Origin: Thermomicrobiales bacterium
GTDB taxonomy: Bacteria; Chloroflexota; Chloroflexia; Thermomicrobiales; UBA6265
Length of the DNA: 60,612 bases
Reading direction: 5' to 3'
Assembly (NCBI GenBank): GCA_020853615.1
Contig: JADYYO010000074.1
Coordinates: forward strand, 1-60,612
Shown: one piece after another, positions 28,538 to 40,280 of the stretch
How positions within the stretch are numbered: position 1 is the stretch's first letter
Layout: every line of letters begins with the position of its first letter
Made by a program: the position numbers and the translations under genes
The notes under the pieces: generated by a model
What the model saw: the letters and a program-made list of their open reading frames with translations, nothing else
Told to the model about the DNA's origin: nothing
Database searches by the model: none

Positions 28538-31165
28538 TCACGCGGGCGTGGCGATGCCGATGGCGATGCGGTCGATGGCGAGGTGGTCGTGGGCCGCTGC
28601 CTGCACCGCCTCGCGCGTGACGGCGTCGATCAGCGCGGGGTAGCGCTGCAGATAGTCGAGGCCGAGACCGAACTCTTCGATCGCCAGCAGCATTGCCGCG
28701 ACGCCGTCGTGCGACTCAAGCGCGAGCGGCAGGACGCCGACGAGATAATTTCTCGCGTCCCGAAGCTCCTCCTCGGTGACGAGCTCGGAGCGCAGGCGCT
28801 CCAGCTCGCGCTCGATCGACTCCACCGCGCGCTCGACATTCGCGGGATCGACGCCAGCTCGCGCGGTCCAGAGCGAGCCATCGGCGCGCGGCTCGAGCTG
28901 GCTGTAGACGTAGTAGGCGAGTCCCTGCAGGTCGCGCACCTCCGCCCCCAGCCTTCCCATCAAGCCGAGCCGGCCCAGGATCAGATTGGCGACATCGAGC
29001 GCGTAGTAGTCAGGGTTCCCGCGTGGGATGGTCGCCAGGCCGAGGGCGATGTCGGCCTGACTTTTGTCGGGGATCGCTTCGCTGTGTCGCGACGAGGCGC
29101 TGTTCGTGACCTCGATGTCGCCGACGGGAGGGGATGGCTCCCCGGCCCAGTCGCCAAACGCTTCACCGATCGTGCGCGCCGCCGTGGAGAATCCGCCCAG
29201 CCCGCCGACAACCGCCAGCACGGCGCCCGATGGTCCATAGGCGTGGCGGTGGAACCGCGCGACCTCGTCACGGTCGATCGCGCTGACCGATTCGTCAGTG
29301 CCGAGCACGCGGCGGCCGAGCGGGTTCGGGACCGGGTAGACGGCGCGGCGCATGATGCGGTCGGCGGTGGCGCGCGTGTCCTTGTCCCCCTCGGCAATCG
29401 CGCCGATCTGCTCGGCCTTGACTCGCGCGATCTCTTCTCGCGGAAAATCGGGCTCCCGCAGCACCCGCGCCAGGAGATCGACCATGACAGGGAGGTCGTC
29501 GCGCAGGCAGCGGATGCGCGCTTCGACGAACTGCCGACCCGCGTCGATCGAGATCGAGCTGCCCAGGTCGTCGGTGAGGGTGTTGATCTGCTCGAAGCTC
29601 TTGCCGCCCGCGCCACGCAGCGAGGCGCGCGCCGTGACATAGGCGATGCCGGCTTCCTCGGGCGATTCGTGGATGGCGCCGGCAGGGAGCCGCAGGCGGA
29701 GCGCGACCGATCGGCTCTCTGGCCGGTCCTGGCCCAGAATCACCATCCCATTCGGGAGGGCCTGCCGCTCGAAGTCGCCGCTGGCGGCGCTCTTTTCGCT
29801 CCTGGGGCCGTTGAGGCCCCAGGCCGACACCGGGTAGAAGGCAGCGTTCTCGGCGGGTTGGCGAGCTCCGCCGACCTCGTCGGCCGGCTCCAACCACCCC
29901 ACGGTGCGACGCTCAGCGACGAGATATCGGTCGGCGACCCGCATCACATCGTTCGCCGTGACTGCGCGAAACTCCTCGGGGAGTGAGAGGGCGCGCTGCC
30001 AGGTGTCGACGATATCCCACTGCCCGAGCCAGTACGCCTGGTTCGTCACGCCCTCCGAGGAGTAGACGAACTGTGCCTCGAGTTGGCGGATCGCCCGCTG
30101 CAGCTCGTCGTCGGGAATGGGCTCTTCCCGCAGGCGCTGCACTTCGCGATCAACGATCGACTCGAGCTCCTCCAGGTTGCCGCCGGGCAACGCGGCGACG
30201 CCGACCTGGAAAAGGTAGGGGTCGATGGTGATGGACATGTCGCTCCCGGCAGCGCGGGCCAGCCCGGAGGCGACGAGCGCGCGATAGAGACGAGAGGAAC
30301 GCCCCATGCCTCCTCCGCCGCCGAAGCCCATCGGCTGGCCCCCGGACAGGACGGCCTCGGCGACGAGGAGGGGAACGAGGTCCGGATCGGCGGCCTCGGG
30401 CGCGTGGAACGCGACGCGCAGATACGGCGCCCCCGCGGCCCGGCGCAGGAGGGCTCGGCGCTCGCCCGGTTGCGGTGGCTCGACGACCCCGATGGCGCGC
30501 GGAATCTCCTCTCCGGCGGGAATCGCGCCGAAGGCGGCTTCGATGCGCGCGAAGAGCTCCTCGGCCCGGAAATCGCCGACGGCGACGACAAAGGCATTTG
30601 CCGGGTGATAGAACCGGCGGTAGTGGTGATAGAGGTCGTCGCGCGTGATGCGCTTGAGATCGGTGGCATAGCCGATCACCATGTGCCGGTACGGATGCGC
30701 GTGAAACGCCGCGCCGATCGTCTCCTCGTAGAGAGCGTAGCCCGGGTCGTTCTCCGCGCCCTGCCGCTCCGAGAGAATCACCGTTCGCTCGGATTCGACC
30801 TCTTCCAGCGTATAGAGGGAGTTCACCATGCGATCCGGCTCGATCGCGAGGGGCAGATCGAGGCGATCGACGGGAACGGTCTCGAAATAGGCGGTCCAGT
30901 CGTGCGAGGTGAGCGCGTTGAGGGTGCCGCCGACGCTCGAGACGTCCCGGAAGATCTGCCCCTTCGCGATCGAAGGCGTCCCCTTGAACTGCATGTGCTC
31001 GACCCAGTGGGAGATCCCGGTCTTGCCCGGGATCTCGTTCCGACTCCCGACCCGGTACCAGGTCCAGAAGGTGGCGATCGGCGCGGTGTGATCCTCGCGG
31101 AGGAGGATCTGTAGGCCGTTCGCCAGGCGGGACTCGAAGACGGACTCATCCGGTCGGGGCGTCAT
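28538..31165 (-). CDS. Tandem M16 (pitrilysin/insulinase) zinc peptidase, two M16 modules in one chain
   Basis: ORF 28538..31297(-). ATG 31165 has AGGAG upstream. The N-terminal module has the inverted zinc motif HWVEH. The second half repeats the M16 fold without it. Confidence 0.85.
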   Translation of the reverse strand: MTPRPDESVFESRLANGLQILLREDHTAPIATFWTWYRVGSRNEIPGKTGISHWVEHMQFKGTPSIAKGQIFRDVSSVGGTLNALTSHDWTAYFETVPVDRLDLPLAIEPDRMVNSLYTLEEVESERTVILSERQGAENDPGYALYEETIGAAFHAHPYRHMVIGYATDLKRITRDDLYHHYRRFYHPANAFVVAVGDFRAEELFARIEAAFGAIPAGEEIPRAIGVVEPPQPGERRALLRRAAGAPYLRVAFHAPEAADPDLVPLLVAEAVLSGGQPMGFGGGGGMGRSSRLYRALVASGLARAAGSDMSITIDPYLFQVGVAALPGGNLEELESIVDREVQRLREEPIPDDELQRAIRQLEAQFVYSSEGVTNQAYWLGQWDIVDTWQRALSLPEEFRAVTANDVMRVADRYLVAERRTVGWLEPADEVGGARQPAENAAFYPVSAWGLNGPRSEKSAASGDFERQALPNGMVILGQDRPESRSVALRLRLPAGAIHESPEEAGIAYVTARASLRGAGGKSFEQINTLTDDLGSSISIDAGRQFVEARIRCLRDDLPVMVDLLARVLREPDFPREEIARVKAEQIGAIAEGDKDTRATADRIMRRAVYPVPNPLGRRVLGTDESVSAIDRDEVARFHRHAYGPSGAVLAVVGGLGGFSTAARTIGEAFGDWAGEPSPPVGDIEVTNSASSRHSEAIPDKSQADIALGLATIPRGNPDYYALDVANLILGRLGLMGRLGAEVRDLQGLAYYVYSQLEPRADGSLWTARAGVDPANVERAVESIERELERLRSELVTEEELRDARNYLVGVLPLALESHDGVAAMLLAIEEFGLGLDYLQRYPALIDAVTREAVQAAAHDHLAIDRIAIGIATPA

Positions 31166-31345
31166 GCGTCTGGCTCCTGTTCTGGCACGCGGATGGCGTG
31201 TCTCATTGCGGCGATGGTCCGGCGTCCGCGCCGCACGATGGCGTGAGGACCGATGGCGCGGGAAGGGATAGAATGGCCGGCAAATGGGCGACGGCATGGC
31301 CGCGAGCGATCGCGTCGCTCACAAGGATGCATGACGAGGTGAGCT

Positions 31346-31738
31346 GTGGCCCAGATCGAACCGGAATACCCGTACAACAATTGGCTCGTGAACCGTGTAG
31401 TCACCTACCTGCAGACCCGCGACGCGACGCTCTTCCCGTTCACGGCGAATTTCGACGAGCACCAGCAGGCGGCCTTCATGCACGACCTCCGCGAGGGGTT
31501 GGGCTGGGTCAACGACAGCGGCAGCGCCCGCAAGACCTCGGCCACCGGGTTCATCGCGAGTGATGAGATCCTGCGGCGCGTGATCGACGAGTGGGCGGAT
31601 GCCAACGGCGGTTGGCCCGAGGGCTCGTTCCCGACTGATCCTGTCACCTCCCTCGGCTCCTCGTCGCCGGTCGACACGCCACCGCCCCGGACACGGATGC
31701 GGCGCGTTCTGCTCGAGGTCAACCCGCCGAAGCCGTAG
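31346..31738 (+). CDS. Hypothetical protein (130 aa)
   Basis: GTG 31346 preceded by GAGGTGA. Composition is coding-like in the first ~100 codons, with a Pro/Ser-rich tail. No family recognised. Confidence 0.5.
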   Translation: MAQIEPEYPYNNWLVNRVVTYLQTRDATLFPFTANFDEHQQAAFMHDLREGLGWVNDSGSARKTSATGFIASDEILRRVIDEWADANGGWPEGSFPTDPVTSLGSSSPVDTPPPRTRMRRVLLEVNPPKP

Positions 31739-31858
31739 CCCGCGAGCCGGCTACGGAGACGCCCGGCGCACGTTTCGTGCCGTTCATCACAGGCAATCCT
31801 CCGCCCCCTGAGGGTTCCGGGGGCGGGAGTCGTCGTGCATCGGCGTGCCCGCGCGATG

Positions 31859-33019
31859 TCAGTCGGCCGCACGCTCGCGGTTGCCGCTTCCATTGAACCG
31901 GGAGACGCTGAAACGAGGGATCGGTCTGGCCGCCGGATCGACGACCAGCTCGGCGAGGAGCTCACCGATCGCCGGCGCGAACTTGAAGCCGTGTCCAGAA
32001 AAACCCGTGCCGATGGCGATTCGCGGATTCTCGGGGTAGCGATCGGCGATGAAGTCGGTATCTGGCGTCATCGTGTAGAGGCAGACCTTGCTCTGGACGA
32101 CCTCGGCCCGGACGCCCGGCAACACCTGGGCCGCGAGCTCGAGGCAGTCCCGATTCTCGCCGGCGTGGGTCTCACGATCGACGGTTTGCGGGTCGACCTC
32201 GATCCCGCCTGCATGGTTGGCCATTTTGAGACCCGGCGTGCCGTGGAGCGGGAATCCGTAGATCTCGCCGGCCGGCGAGTCGGTGATGAAGACCGGGAAG
32301 CGATCGGGACGGTACCGTTCCGGATCGTCGACCTGCTGCCACCAGAGGGTCTTCCGGCGCACGTGGAGCGGCAGACCGACGTTGGCCAGCAGCCGCGGCG
32401 CCCAGGCGCCGGCCGTCACAATCGCCGCGTCTCCACGATGGCGCCCGGACGGGGTCTCGACCCAGACCGAGTCGCTATCCGCGCCCCAGTCGAGGACCGG
32501 GCTGTTTTCGAGGATCGTGACCCCGCGCCGCTCTGCCGCGCGGGCCATGTTCCGGATCGCCGGTACGGTCTGGACGAATCCGCTGATGGGACTGTAGAGC
32601 GCGTCCCATCCCTCTGGCACGCGGATTGCCGGCCAGCGCTCGTTGACCTCGGCGGGCGCGAGCCACTCGTAGGGGATGCCGTGCTCGTCCGCGGAGAGGC
32701 GGGCGGCGCGCGCATGGGAGAACCCGGGCGCGGCCAATTCGAGTCCGCCGCAGCGGACGACGATCTGCTCGCCGGATTCGGCCTCGAGCTCCTGCCAGAG
32801 GCGGTCAGCCCGTTGCACGATGGGGACATACTCGGGCGATTCGGCATATGCCTGCCGGGTGATTCTCGTCTCGCCGCCGTGGCTGCCCATCTCGTGCAGG
32901 AGCGAGAACTGCTCCAGCACGAGCGCCCGCAGGTCGCGTCGGGCCAGGGCCCAGGCCGCGGCGGTCCCCATCGTCCCGCCACCGATCACGATCACGTCGT
33001 GCGTGGTTGTCTCGGTCAT
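31859..33019 (-). CDS. FAD-dependent amine oxidase, monomeric sarcosine oxidase / N-methyltryptophan oxidase-like
   Basis: ORF 31859..33058(-). ATG 33019 has GGGGAG upstream. Dinucleotide fold VIVIGGGTMGTAAA. CLYT motif at the position of the covalent-FAD Cys. GFSGHGFKFAPAIGE. Confidence 0.85.
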   Translation of the reverse strand: MTETTTHDVIVIGGGTMGTAAAWALARRDLRALVLEQFSLLHEMGSHGGETRITRQAYAESPEYVPIVQRADRLWQELEAESGEQIVVRCGGLELAAPGFSHARAARLSADEHGIPYEWLAPAEVNERWPAIRVPEGWDALYSPISGFVQTVPAIRNMARAAERRGVTILENSPVLDWGADSDSVWVETPSGRHRGDAAIVTAGAWAPRLLANVGLPLHVRRKTLWWQQVDDPERYRPDRFPVFITDSPAGEIYGFPLHGTPGLKMANHAGGIEVDPQTVDRETHAGENRDCLELAAQVLPGVRAEVVQSKVCLYTMTPDTDFIADRYPENPRIAIGTGFSGHGFKFAPAIGELLAELVVDPAARPIPRFSVSRFNGSGNRERAAD

Positions 33020-33035
33020 CGTCGCTCCCCGCTCG

Positions 33036-34163
33036 TCAACCCGTTGTGTCGGCGGCACGCTGCGCCGAAGCCAGTGGCGCCTCGTCGTCGATAATCACCT
33101 CGTGCCCGACCTCCGCGGACCGGTAGATCGCCTCGATCAGCCGCACCCGCTCCAGACCCTCCTCGCCCGAGGGAGACATCGGCGTCCCGTCGAGCACGCT
33201 GCTTGTGAATTGGCGCAGAATCTCCCCGTGGCCATGGCGCTTCTGCAGTTGCGGCGTGGTCACCGTCGGCACGCCATCGAGCTCGCCGTAGAGCTTCAAC
33301 GTACCGGTCTCCGCGTAGTCGTGGACGTGGATTTCGGCGCCCCCCTCGCTGCCGAGCAGCGAGACGCCGAACTCGTCGCCGTGTCCGGTGAAGGCGGCCC
33401 ACGAGGCGTCGAGCTGCAGGGTCAGGCCGCCCTCGAATCGGATCATCGCTGTTGCGAAGTCCTCCACCTCGTACGGCTCGCCGGGGTTGACCTTGAACCG
33501 GCCGCCGATCCACTGCCCGCGGCCTTTCGGCCCGAGCGCGGCGTAGGTGGCCGCGCTGACGCGGAGGGGACGCGGATTGCCGATCATCCACATCGCCATG
33601 TCGAGGACGTGGATGCCGAGGTCGATCAAGGGGCCGCCGCCGGCCATCTGCTTCGAGGTGAACCAGGTGCCGAGCCCCGGGATGCCGGCGCGACGCATCC
33701 AGAAGGCGCGAGCGTGGTAGACCTCGCCGAGCGCCCCACGTTCGACCTCGCGCTTGACGAGCTGCACATCGTGCCGGCCGCGGCGGTTGAACACGACGCC
33801 GAGGACCCGATTCGCGCGCCGCGCCGCGTCGATGATCTGCTGGCTTTCGTCGACGGTCCGGCCGAGCGGCTTCTCGACGATCACGTGCTTGCCCGCCGCG
33901 AGGGCGGCCAGGGCGACGGGAAGGTGGAGGATGTTCGGCACGGCGACCGTGACCGCCTCGATGTCGGGGTCGGCGATCAGGTCCTGGTAGTCGCGATAGA
34001 CCCGGGGAATGCCGAAGGTCTTCGCCAGCTCCCGGCAGCGATCCTCGTCAAGCCCGGCGATGGCGACGACGTCGGCGCGAGGATCCTCGGCAAAGCCCTG
34101 CAAATGGAGTTGGCCGACGCCACAGCCGATCACCCCGACGCGCAGTTTTCGCGAATCGCTCAC
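33036..34163 (-). CDS. Gfo/Idh/MocA-family NAD(P)-dependent oxidoreductase
   Basis: ORF 33036..34202(-). GTG 34163 has AAGAGG upstream. Rossmann fold LRVGVIGCGVGQ and family motif GKHVIVEKPL. Confidence 0.85.
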   Translation of the reverse strand: MSDSRKLRVGVIGCGVGQLHLQGFAEDPRADVVAIAGLDEDRCRELAKTFGIPRVYRDYQDLIADPDIEAVTVAVPNILHLPVALAALAAGKHVIVEKPLGRTVDESQQIIDAARRANRVLGVVFNRRGRHDVQLVKREVERGALGEVYHARAFWMRRAGIPGLGTWFTSKQMAGGGPLIDLGIHVLDMAMWMIGNPRPLRVSAATYAALGPKGRGQWIGGRFKVNPGEPYEVEDFATAMIRFEGGLTLQLDASWAAFTGHGDEFGVSLLGSEGGAEIHVHDYAETGTLKLYGELDGVPTVTTPQLQKRHGHGEILRQFTSSVLDGTPMSPSGEEGLERVRLIEAIYRSAEVGHEVIIDDEAPLASAQRAADTTG

Positions 34164-34235
34164 GTAGTCGCCTCTTTCTGTCGGCCGGTCCACCCGGCGC
34201 ATGGTACCGGAATCGAGGTGGCCTCCGGCGAGCTG

Positions 34236-35099
34236 CTAGCGGATCGAGATGAGCGTGACCTCGGGCGGGCAGCGGAAGCGGACCGGAGGCCGATAGACGC
34301 CGACGCCGCGCGAGGTGTAGACCCGCGAGCCGCCGACTTCGTACAAGCCGTGGGGGAACTTGCGCCCGCCGGCGGGCGTGGCTGCCGCGCCCAGGAGCGG
34401 CAGCCGCACCTGGCCACCGTGGCTATGGCCGGAGAGTTGAAGCATCGGCCGGAAGCGGGCGATGGTCTCCGCCCAGTCTGGCTCGTGCCAGAGCGCGAGT
34501 GACGCATCGTGCTCCGGCACCCCGGAGAAGGTCGCCTCCGGGTCGGGCCGACCCAGCAGTGCATCGTCAAGGCCGGCGATCCAGAGCGCCTGCCCGCCAT
34601 GCGCAATGGCGGCGGCTTCGTTCCTCAGGACCCGGATTCCCTCTCTCTCGAGCGCGCGCGTGAGCCGGGGCGCGTCGTTCGAATAGTCGTGGTTTCCGAG
34701 CACCGCGAACGTGCCGTATCGCGGTGAGGCCGCGTAGTTGCCGAGGACGCTGGCGGCCTCCGGAATGTAGCGCGGCGACTCGCAGATGATGTCGCCGCCG
34801 AGGAGGAGGATATCGGGCGGAGAGGCGAAGAGGAGCGCCACCGCGCGATCGACGTCGCGCGCGCGGATGGCAGGCCCGATGTGAGTATCGGTGACGAAGC
34901 CGACGCGGATCGGGGGTATGCCGCGCCGGGCAAGTTGGCCATCGACGTCGACGTGCTCGAGGCAGGGGCGATAGGGCGCCCGCCAGCGCGCGCGATATGC
35001 GACATATCCCCCGAGAGCAGGCACCGCGATGGCCGCGGCGAGTGCCGCCGCAACCGCTACGCCCCGCGAGTCGCCTGACTGACGCTCGCCATCCGGCAT
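34236..35099 (-). CDS. Membrane-anchored metallophosphoesterase (calcineurin-like)
   Basis: N-terminal TM helix. Motifs VTDTHIG, GGDI, LGNHDY, SGHSHGGQ. Confidence 0.85.
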   Translation of the reverse strand: MPDGERQSGDSRGVAVAAALAAAIAVPALGGYVAYRARWRAPYRPCLEHVDVDGQLARRGIPPIRVGFVTDTHIGPAIRARDVDRAVALLFASPPDILLLGGDIICESPRYIPEAASVLGNYAASPRYGTFAVLGNHDYSNDAPRLTRALEREGIRVLRNEAAAIAHGGQALWIAGLDDALLGRPDPEATFSGVPEHDASLALWHEPDWAETIARFRPMLQLSGHSHGGQVRLPLLGAAATPAGGRKFPHGLYEVGGSRVYTSRGVGVYRPPVRFRCPPEVTLISIR

Positions 35100-35117
35100 G
35101 AGGGAGGCAGCCCGGGA

Positions 35118-36299
35118 TCAGACCGGCGTCAGGCGGAGCGACGGCCGCGCCGGCTGGTACCGATTGTCTGGCTCGTCGTCGACCTGGCCATTCTTCCGCT
35201 CGTCGAGGACCTTGTGAATCTCGTCCTTGAGGGCGTCGAGCATGTCGGCCTCGGCGACGGTGCGCACGATCTTCCCCTTGCGGAAGATCACGCCCTTGCC
35301 ATTCCCCGCCGCCAGCCCGACATCGGCGTCCCGCGACTCTCCCGGGCCGTTGACGACGCAGCCCATGACCGCGACGCGGATCGGCTCGCGCACGGTCGCC
35401 AGGAATTCGTCGACCTTGTTGGCGAGGGAGAAGAGATCGACTTCGACCCGGCCGCAAGTCGGGCAGGCGATCATCGTCGCCCCCTTCTGGCGCAGCTCCA
35501 GGCTCTTGAGGATCTCGTAGGCGACGAACACCTCCTCGACTGGGTCGGTGGTGAGCGACACACGGATCGTGTCGCCGATACCGAGCGCGAGGAGGGTGCC
35601 GATGCCGGTCGCCGAGCGGACCGCACCCGCCCTCGGCGTGCCGGCCTCGGTCACGCCGAGGTGGAGGGGGTAGTCGTTCGGCAGCGCGGCGAAGCGGCGG
35701 TAGGCCTCGAAGAGGACCGGCAACTCGAACGCCTTGAGGCTGACCTTCGTCAGCCCGAAATCGAGATCCTCCAGGATGCGGATATGCCCCAGCGCGGAGC
35801 GCACCAGCCATTCGGCGCGAAGCTCGACCTGCGTTGCCCCCTGCTGCGCCATCTCGTCGACGAACTCGGCCGGCATCGGGGCGACGGAGCCGAAGTTGAC
35901 GCCGATCCGAATCGGCACCTGCCGCTCCTTTGCCCTGGCCACCACTTCGCGGACATCCTCCACCTTCCGGATGTTGCCCGGGTTGAGGCGCAGCCCATGA
36001 ATGCCGGCGTCGAGGGCTTTGAGCGCGAGGGTATGCTCGAAGTGGATGTCCGCGATCAGCGGCACTGGCGAGTTGGGGACGATGTCGGGCAGCGCCGCCG
36101 CGGCACGACGGTCCGGGACGGCGACGCGGACGATCTCGCACCCGGCCTCGGCAAGCTCCCGGATTTGCGCCAGCGTTGCCGCCGGATCGCGCGTATCGGC
36201 CGTGGCCATCGACTGGACGACGATCGGGTTGTCGCCGCCGATGGCGACATCGCCGACCTGGAGCACGCGAGTAGGGCGGCGCGGCGCAAGCAATGACAT
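35118..36299 (-). CDS. ispG: 4-hydroxy-3-methylbut-2-en-1-yl diphosphate synthase (flavodoxin)
   Basis: ORF 35118..36359(-). ATG 36299 has GAGGAG upstream. Motifs VGDVAIGGDNPIVVQSM and Fe-S cysteines in ACPTCGR and MGCVVNGPGE. Confidence 0.93.
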   Translation of the reverse strand: MSLLAPRRPTRVLQVGDVAIGGDNPIVVQSMATADTRDPAATLAQIRELAEAGCEIVRVAVPDRRAAAALPDIVPNSPVPLIADIHFEHTLALKALDAGIHGLRLNPGNIRKVEDVREVVARAKERQVPIRIGVNFGSVAPMPAEFVDEMAQQGATQVELRAEWLVRSALGHIRILEDLDFGLTKVSLKAFELPVLFEAYRRFAALPNDYPLHLGVTEAGTPRAGAVRSATGIGTLLALGIGDTIRVSLTTDPVEEVFVAYEILKSLELRQKGATMIACPTCGRVEVDLFSLANKVDEFLATVREPIRVAVMGCVVNGPGESRDADVGLAAGNGKGVIFRKGKIVRTVAEADMLDALKDEIHKVLDERKNGQVDDEPDNRYQPARPSLRLTPV

Positions 36300-36391
36300 C
36301 GTTCGTAACTCCTCAGGCCCGCGCCGGCGCGATGGCTCGATCCGTAAGCGTGCGGCCAAGCGTGAACTGTGGCCAGATCTCCCGGCCGACG

Positions 36392-37783
36392 TCAGGGCAG
36401 GAACGAGCGCCCCTCGTGGATGCGCAGGGCGTCAAAGAAGAAGACGACCAGCATGAAGCCGATCAGCAGCACGAGACCCGTGAAATGGACGACGCCCTCT
36501 CGCTCAGGAGCGAGCTTCTTCCCGCCCCGCAGCACCTCGACGATGACGAAGAGGAGCCGGCCTCCGTCGAGCGCCGGCAGCGGGAGGAGGTTGAGGACCG
36601 CGAGGTTGAGCGAGAGGAGGATGGCGAGCTGCGACAGGGTCACCCAGAGCGGGAGCGGGCTGGCGCTGACGATTTCGCTGGTAATCTGTCCCATCCCGAG
36701 CGGGCCGGCAATCTGATCGAGCGGCGCGCGGCCGGTCACCAGGTCGCGAATGCCGGAGAGCATCTGCCCCGTCTGCTCCCAGGCCTGAGAGACGCCGACC
36801 GGGATGACCGAGCCGAGAGGGACACGCGTGAATTCCGGATCGATGCGCAGGCCGAGACCCATCGCCGCCAGCAGGTCCTCCTCTGCGCCGACCTTGGGAA
36901 CGGCGAGGTGCATGGTCGTCCGCTCACCGCCTCGCGCGACCTCGACCGGGACGGTACTCCCTTCCGCGTGAGTCAGGGCCATCTGCAGCGCGTAGGCGTC
37001 GCGGACCGGCGTGGCGCCGATCGCCTCGATGCGGTCGCCCACCTGGAGCCCCGCGGCCGCGGCCGCCGAATCGGCCGCCACGCTCTCCACGATCGATGTC
37101 GAGATGGCGACCGGGCTGATGCCGACGCCGGTCGGGCCTTGGTTGGCCGGAGGATTCGCGCGCGGGACGACGGTCGTCTCGATCGTGGCGTTGTTCCGCT
37201 CGATGACGACGCTCATCGGATTGCCGGCGAACTCGTGTGCTCGGTCGCCGACCTCGGTCGAGGAGTCGACCGGCGCGCCGGCGACTTCAACGATCCGGTC
37301 GCCCGGCTCCCAGCCCGCCACGGCGGCGGGAGAATCGGGGACGACGTTGGTGATGTAGATATTGGCGTGAGAGATTCCCTGGAACCCGACGACGAGGATC
37401 ATGAGAAGGAATGCGAGGAGGAAGTTCATCGCCGAGCCGGCCACGAGGAAGAATGCGCGCTGCAGCGGCGACTTGGAGTTGATCGATTGGGGATCGCCCG
37501 ACTTGCCGTCCTCGCCCAGAACCTTGACGAACCCGCCGAAGGGGATCCAGTTCAGCGACCAAAGAACGTCCTTGTAGTACCAGCCCTTGATGCGCGGCGG
37601 GATCCCGATGCCGAATTCTTCGACTTTCGCGCCAATCAACTTGGCGGAGACGAAGTGCCCGATCTCGTGGACGAGAATCAGGATGGCGAGGATCGGAATG
37701 ATATAGAGCCCGTTGACGAGTCCTTCAGACACAGGGGTGTTCGCTCCAGTTCGCTCGGCATGTCGACCCGGCAACAGGGCCAT
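36392..37783 (-). CDS. rseP: Site-2 (RIP) zinc metalloprotease, M50 family, with PDZ domains
   Basis: HExxH in LVHEIGHFV. Central PDZ repeats. C-terminal LNLLPLPALDGG motif. Start uncertain: ATG 37783, or GTG about 50 nt downstream. Confidence 0.9.
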   Translation of the reverse strand: MALLPGRHAERTGANTPVSEGLVNGLYIIPILAILILVHEIGHFVSAKLIGAKVEEFGIGIPPRIKGWYYKDVLWSLNWIPFGGFVKVLGEDGKSGDPQSINSKSPLQRAFFLVAGSAMNFLLAFLLMILVVGFQGISHANIYITNVVPDSPAAVAGWEPGDRIVEVAGAPVDSSTEVGDRAHEFAGNPMSVVIERNNATIETTVVPRANPPANQGPTGVGISPVAISTSIVESVAADSAAAAAGLQVGDRIEAIGATPVRDAYALQMALTHAEGSTVPVEVARGGERTTMHLAVPKVGAEEDLLAAMGLGLRIDPEFTRVPLGSVIPVGVSQAWEQTGQMLSGIRDLVTGRAPLDQIAGPLGMGQITSEIVSASPLPLWVTLSQLAILLSLNLAVLNLLPLPALDGGRLLFVIVEVLRGGKKLAPEREGVVHFTGLVLLIGFMLVVFFFDALRIHEGRSFLP

Positions 37784-37983
37784 GGCGCATATTCAACCAA
37801 TGATTCTACAACGCGCGAGACGGCGCGCATGATCCATACCGCACACGAAAGCCTGCGGCCGTTGGGCACGTTCCTGGAGGTGTATTATGTATGTTAGACT
37901 TCGCTGCCCTCTCCTCACCGACTCCCCGAACGGCGGTGACGCGGGGCCCGGCGATCGCGCGAGCGGAACAAGGGCGCAACGGG

Positions 37984-39120
<1,137 letters not shown>

Positions 39121-39176
39121 CGATGGCGACGCGCCACGAACTCCACCAGCGGATGGGTTGGGCGGAGGAGGGATCG

Positions 39177-40163
39177 ATGCACGCGAGTATCGAGCGTTTT
39201 CTGCAGGTTCTGGAGGCCGAGCGCGGCTTCTCGGTCAATACGATCTTCGCGTACCGGAACGACCTGACGCAGTTTCTGGCATTTCTCCGGGGCGAGAGTA
39301 CCGAAGAGCGGGGGCGGGAGCCGTCGATCCAGGACGACGGGGAGAGACTCGTCAGCGAGAACCTGATGGCGTTGCCGGCGGTGTCGGCCTGGGACCAGCT
39401 CACCGACCAGCATCTGACAAACTATCTGCTCTACCTGCGGAGCCGCAAGTACGCCTCGTCGACCGTGGCGCGGAAGATGGCGGCGATCAAGTCGTTCTTC
39501 AATTTCCTGATCAGCGAGGGGCAGATGCGGGGCGACCCGGCCGCGAGGATGACCTCGCCCAAGGTCGACAAGTACACCCCGCGCGCGATCTCTCTGAGCG
39601 AGATCGAGCGGCTTCTCCAGCAGCCCGACCGGGACGCCGACGAGCATGGCCACCGCCCCGAAACGTCGCGCGACCGGGCGATGCTGGAGACGCTCTACGC
39701 GACCGGGATGCGGGTCAGCGAGCTGGTCGCGCTCGACTGCGACGATGTCGATCTCCCCGCCTGCACCATGCGTTGCGCCGGGCGCACTGCCCGCGAGCGG
39801 AAGGTGCCGCTGCGCGCCAGCGCCGTGGCGGCAATCGACCATTATCTGACGCAGGCGCGGCCCGTCCTGGTGATCCGCGAGGAGTCGGCGCTCTTTCTGA
39901 ACCATCGTGGCAACCGCCTGACACGGCAGGGATTCTGGCTGATCCTGAAGTCGTACGCGAATCGGGCGGAGATCGCCGACATCACCCCGCACACGTTGCG
40001 CCACACCTTCGCCACCCATGCCCTCGGCCGTGGCGCGGATCTGCGAGAGGTGCAGCAGCTTCTGGGGCATGTGAGCATCTCGACGACCCAGGTCTACCGC
40101 AGGATGGCGACGATGAGCGGCGTGTCGGGCGCGGGAGCCGGGCTGGACGAGCCGCGCGATTGA
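39177..40163 (+). CDS. xerD: Tyrosine site-specific recombinase, XerD/XerC type
   Basis: ORF 39117..40163(+). ATG 39177 has GGAGGAGGG upstream. N-terminal SAM-like domain (ERGFSVNTIFAYRNDL). Catalytic motifs HTLRHTFATH and LLGHVSISTTQVY. Confidence 0.88.
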   Translation: MHASIERFLQVLEAERGFSVNTIFAYRNDLTQFLAFLRGESTEERGREPSIQDDGERLVSENLMALPAVSAWDQLTDQHLTNYLLYLRSRKYASSTVARKMAAIKSFFNFLISEGQMRGDPAARMTSPKVDKYTPRAISLSEIERLLQQPDRDADEHGHRPETSRDRAMLETLYATGMRVSELVALDCDDVDLPACTMRCAGRTARERKVPLRASAVAAIDHYLTQARPVLVIREESALFLNHRGNRLTRQGFWLILKSYANRAEIADITPHTLRHTFATHALGRGADLREVQQLLGHVSISTTQVYRRMATMSGVSGAGAGLDEPRD

Positions 40164-40280
40164 CCCGTCGCCGATTGCCGATCACTCTTCGTCACCGTTC
40201 GCGGGGCTGCTACGGGCTGTAACGCGCACAACGCCCTGGCGCGGCCGCCTTTGGATCCCCTTTCGGAGAATCGCCCGGTA

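Noticed and set aside
39177-40163. Tyrosine recombinase as the integrase of an integrated mobile element.
   Set aside because: The sequence is XerD/XerC-like (SAM-like N-domain, RHR-Y catalytic set). It sits between the housekeeping genes ald and glyQS, with no flanking tRNA, direct repeats or cargo genes. It has a ~30-aa insertion in the N-domain but is otherwise ordinary.
40164-40280. T-box leader upstream of glyQS.
   Set aside because: The region is only ~117 nt, and there is no T-box sequence (AAnnnGGGTGGTACCGCG-like) or specifier/terminator architecture.
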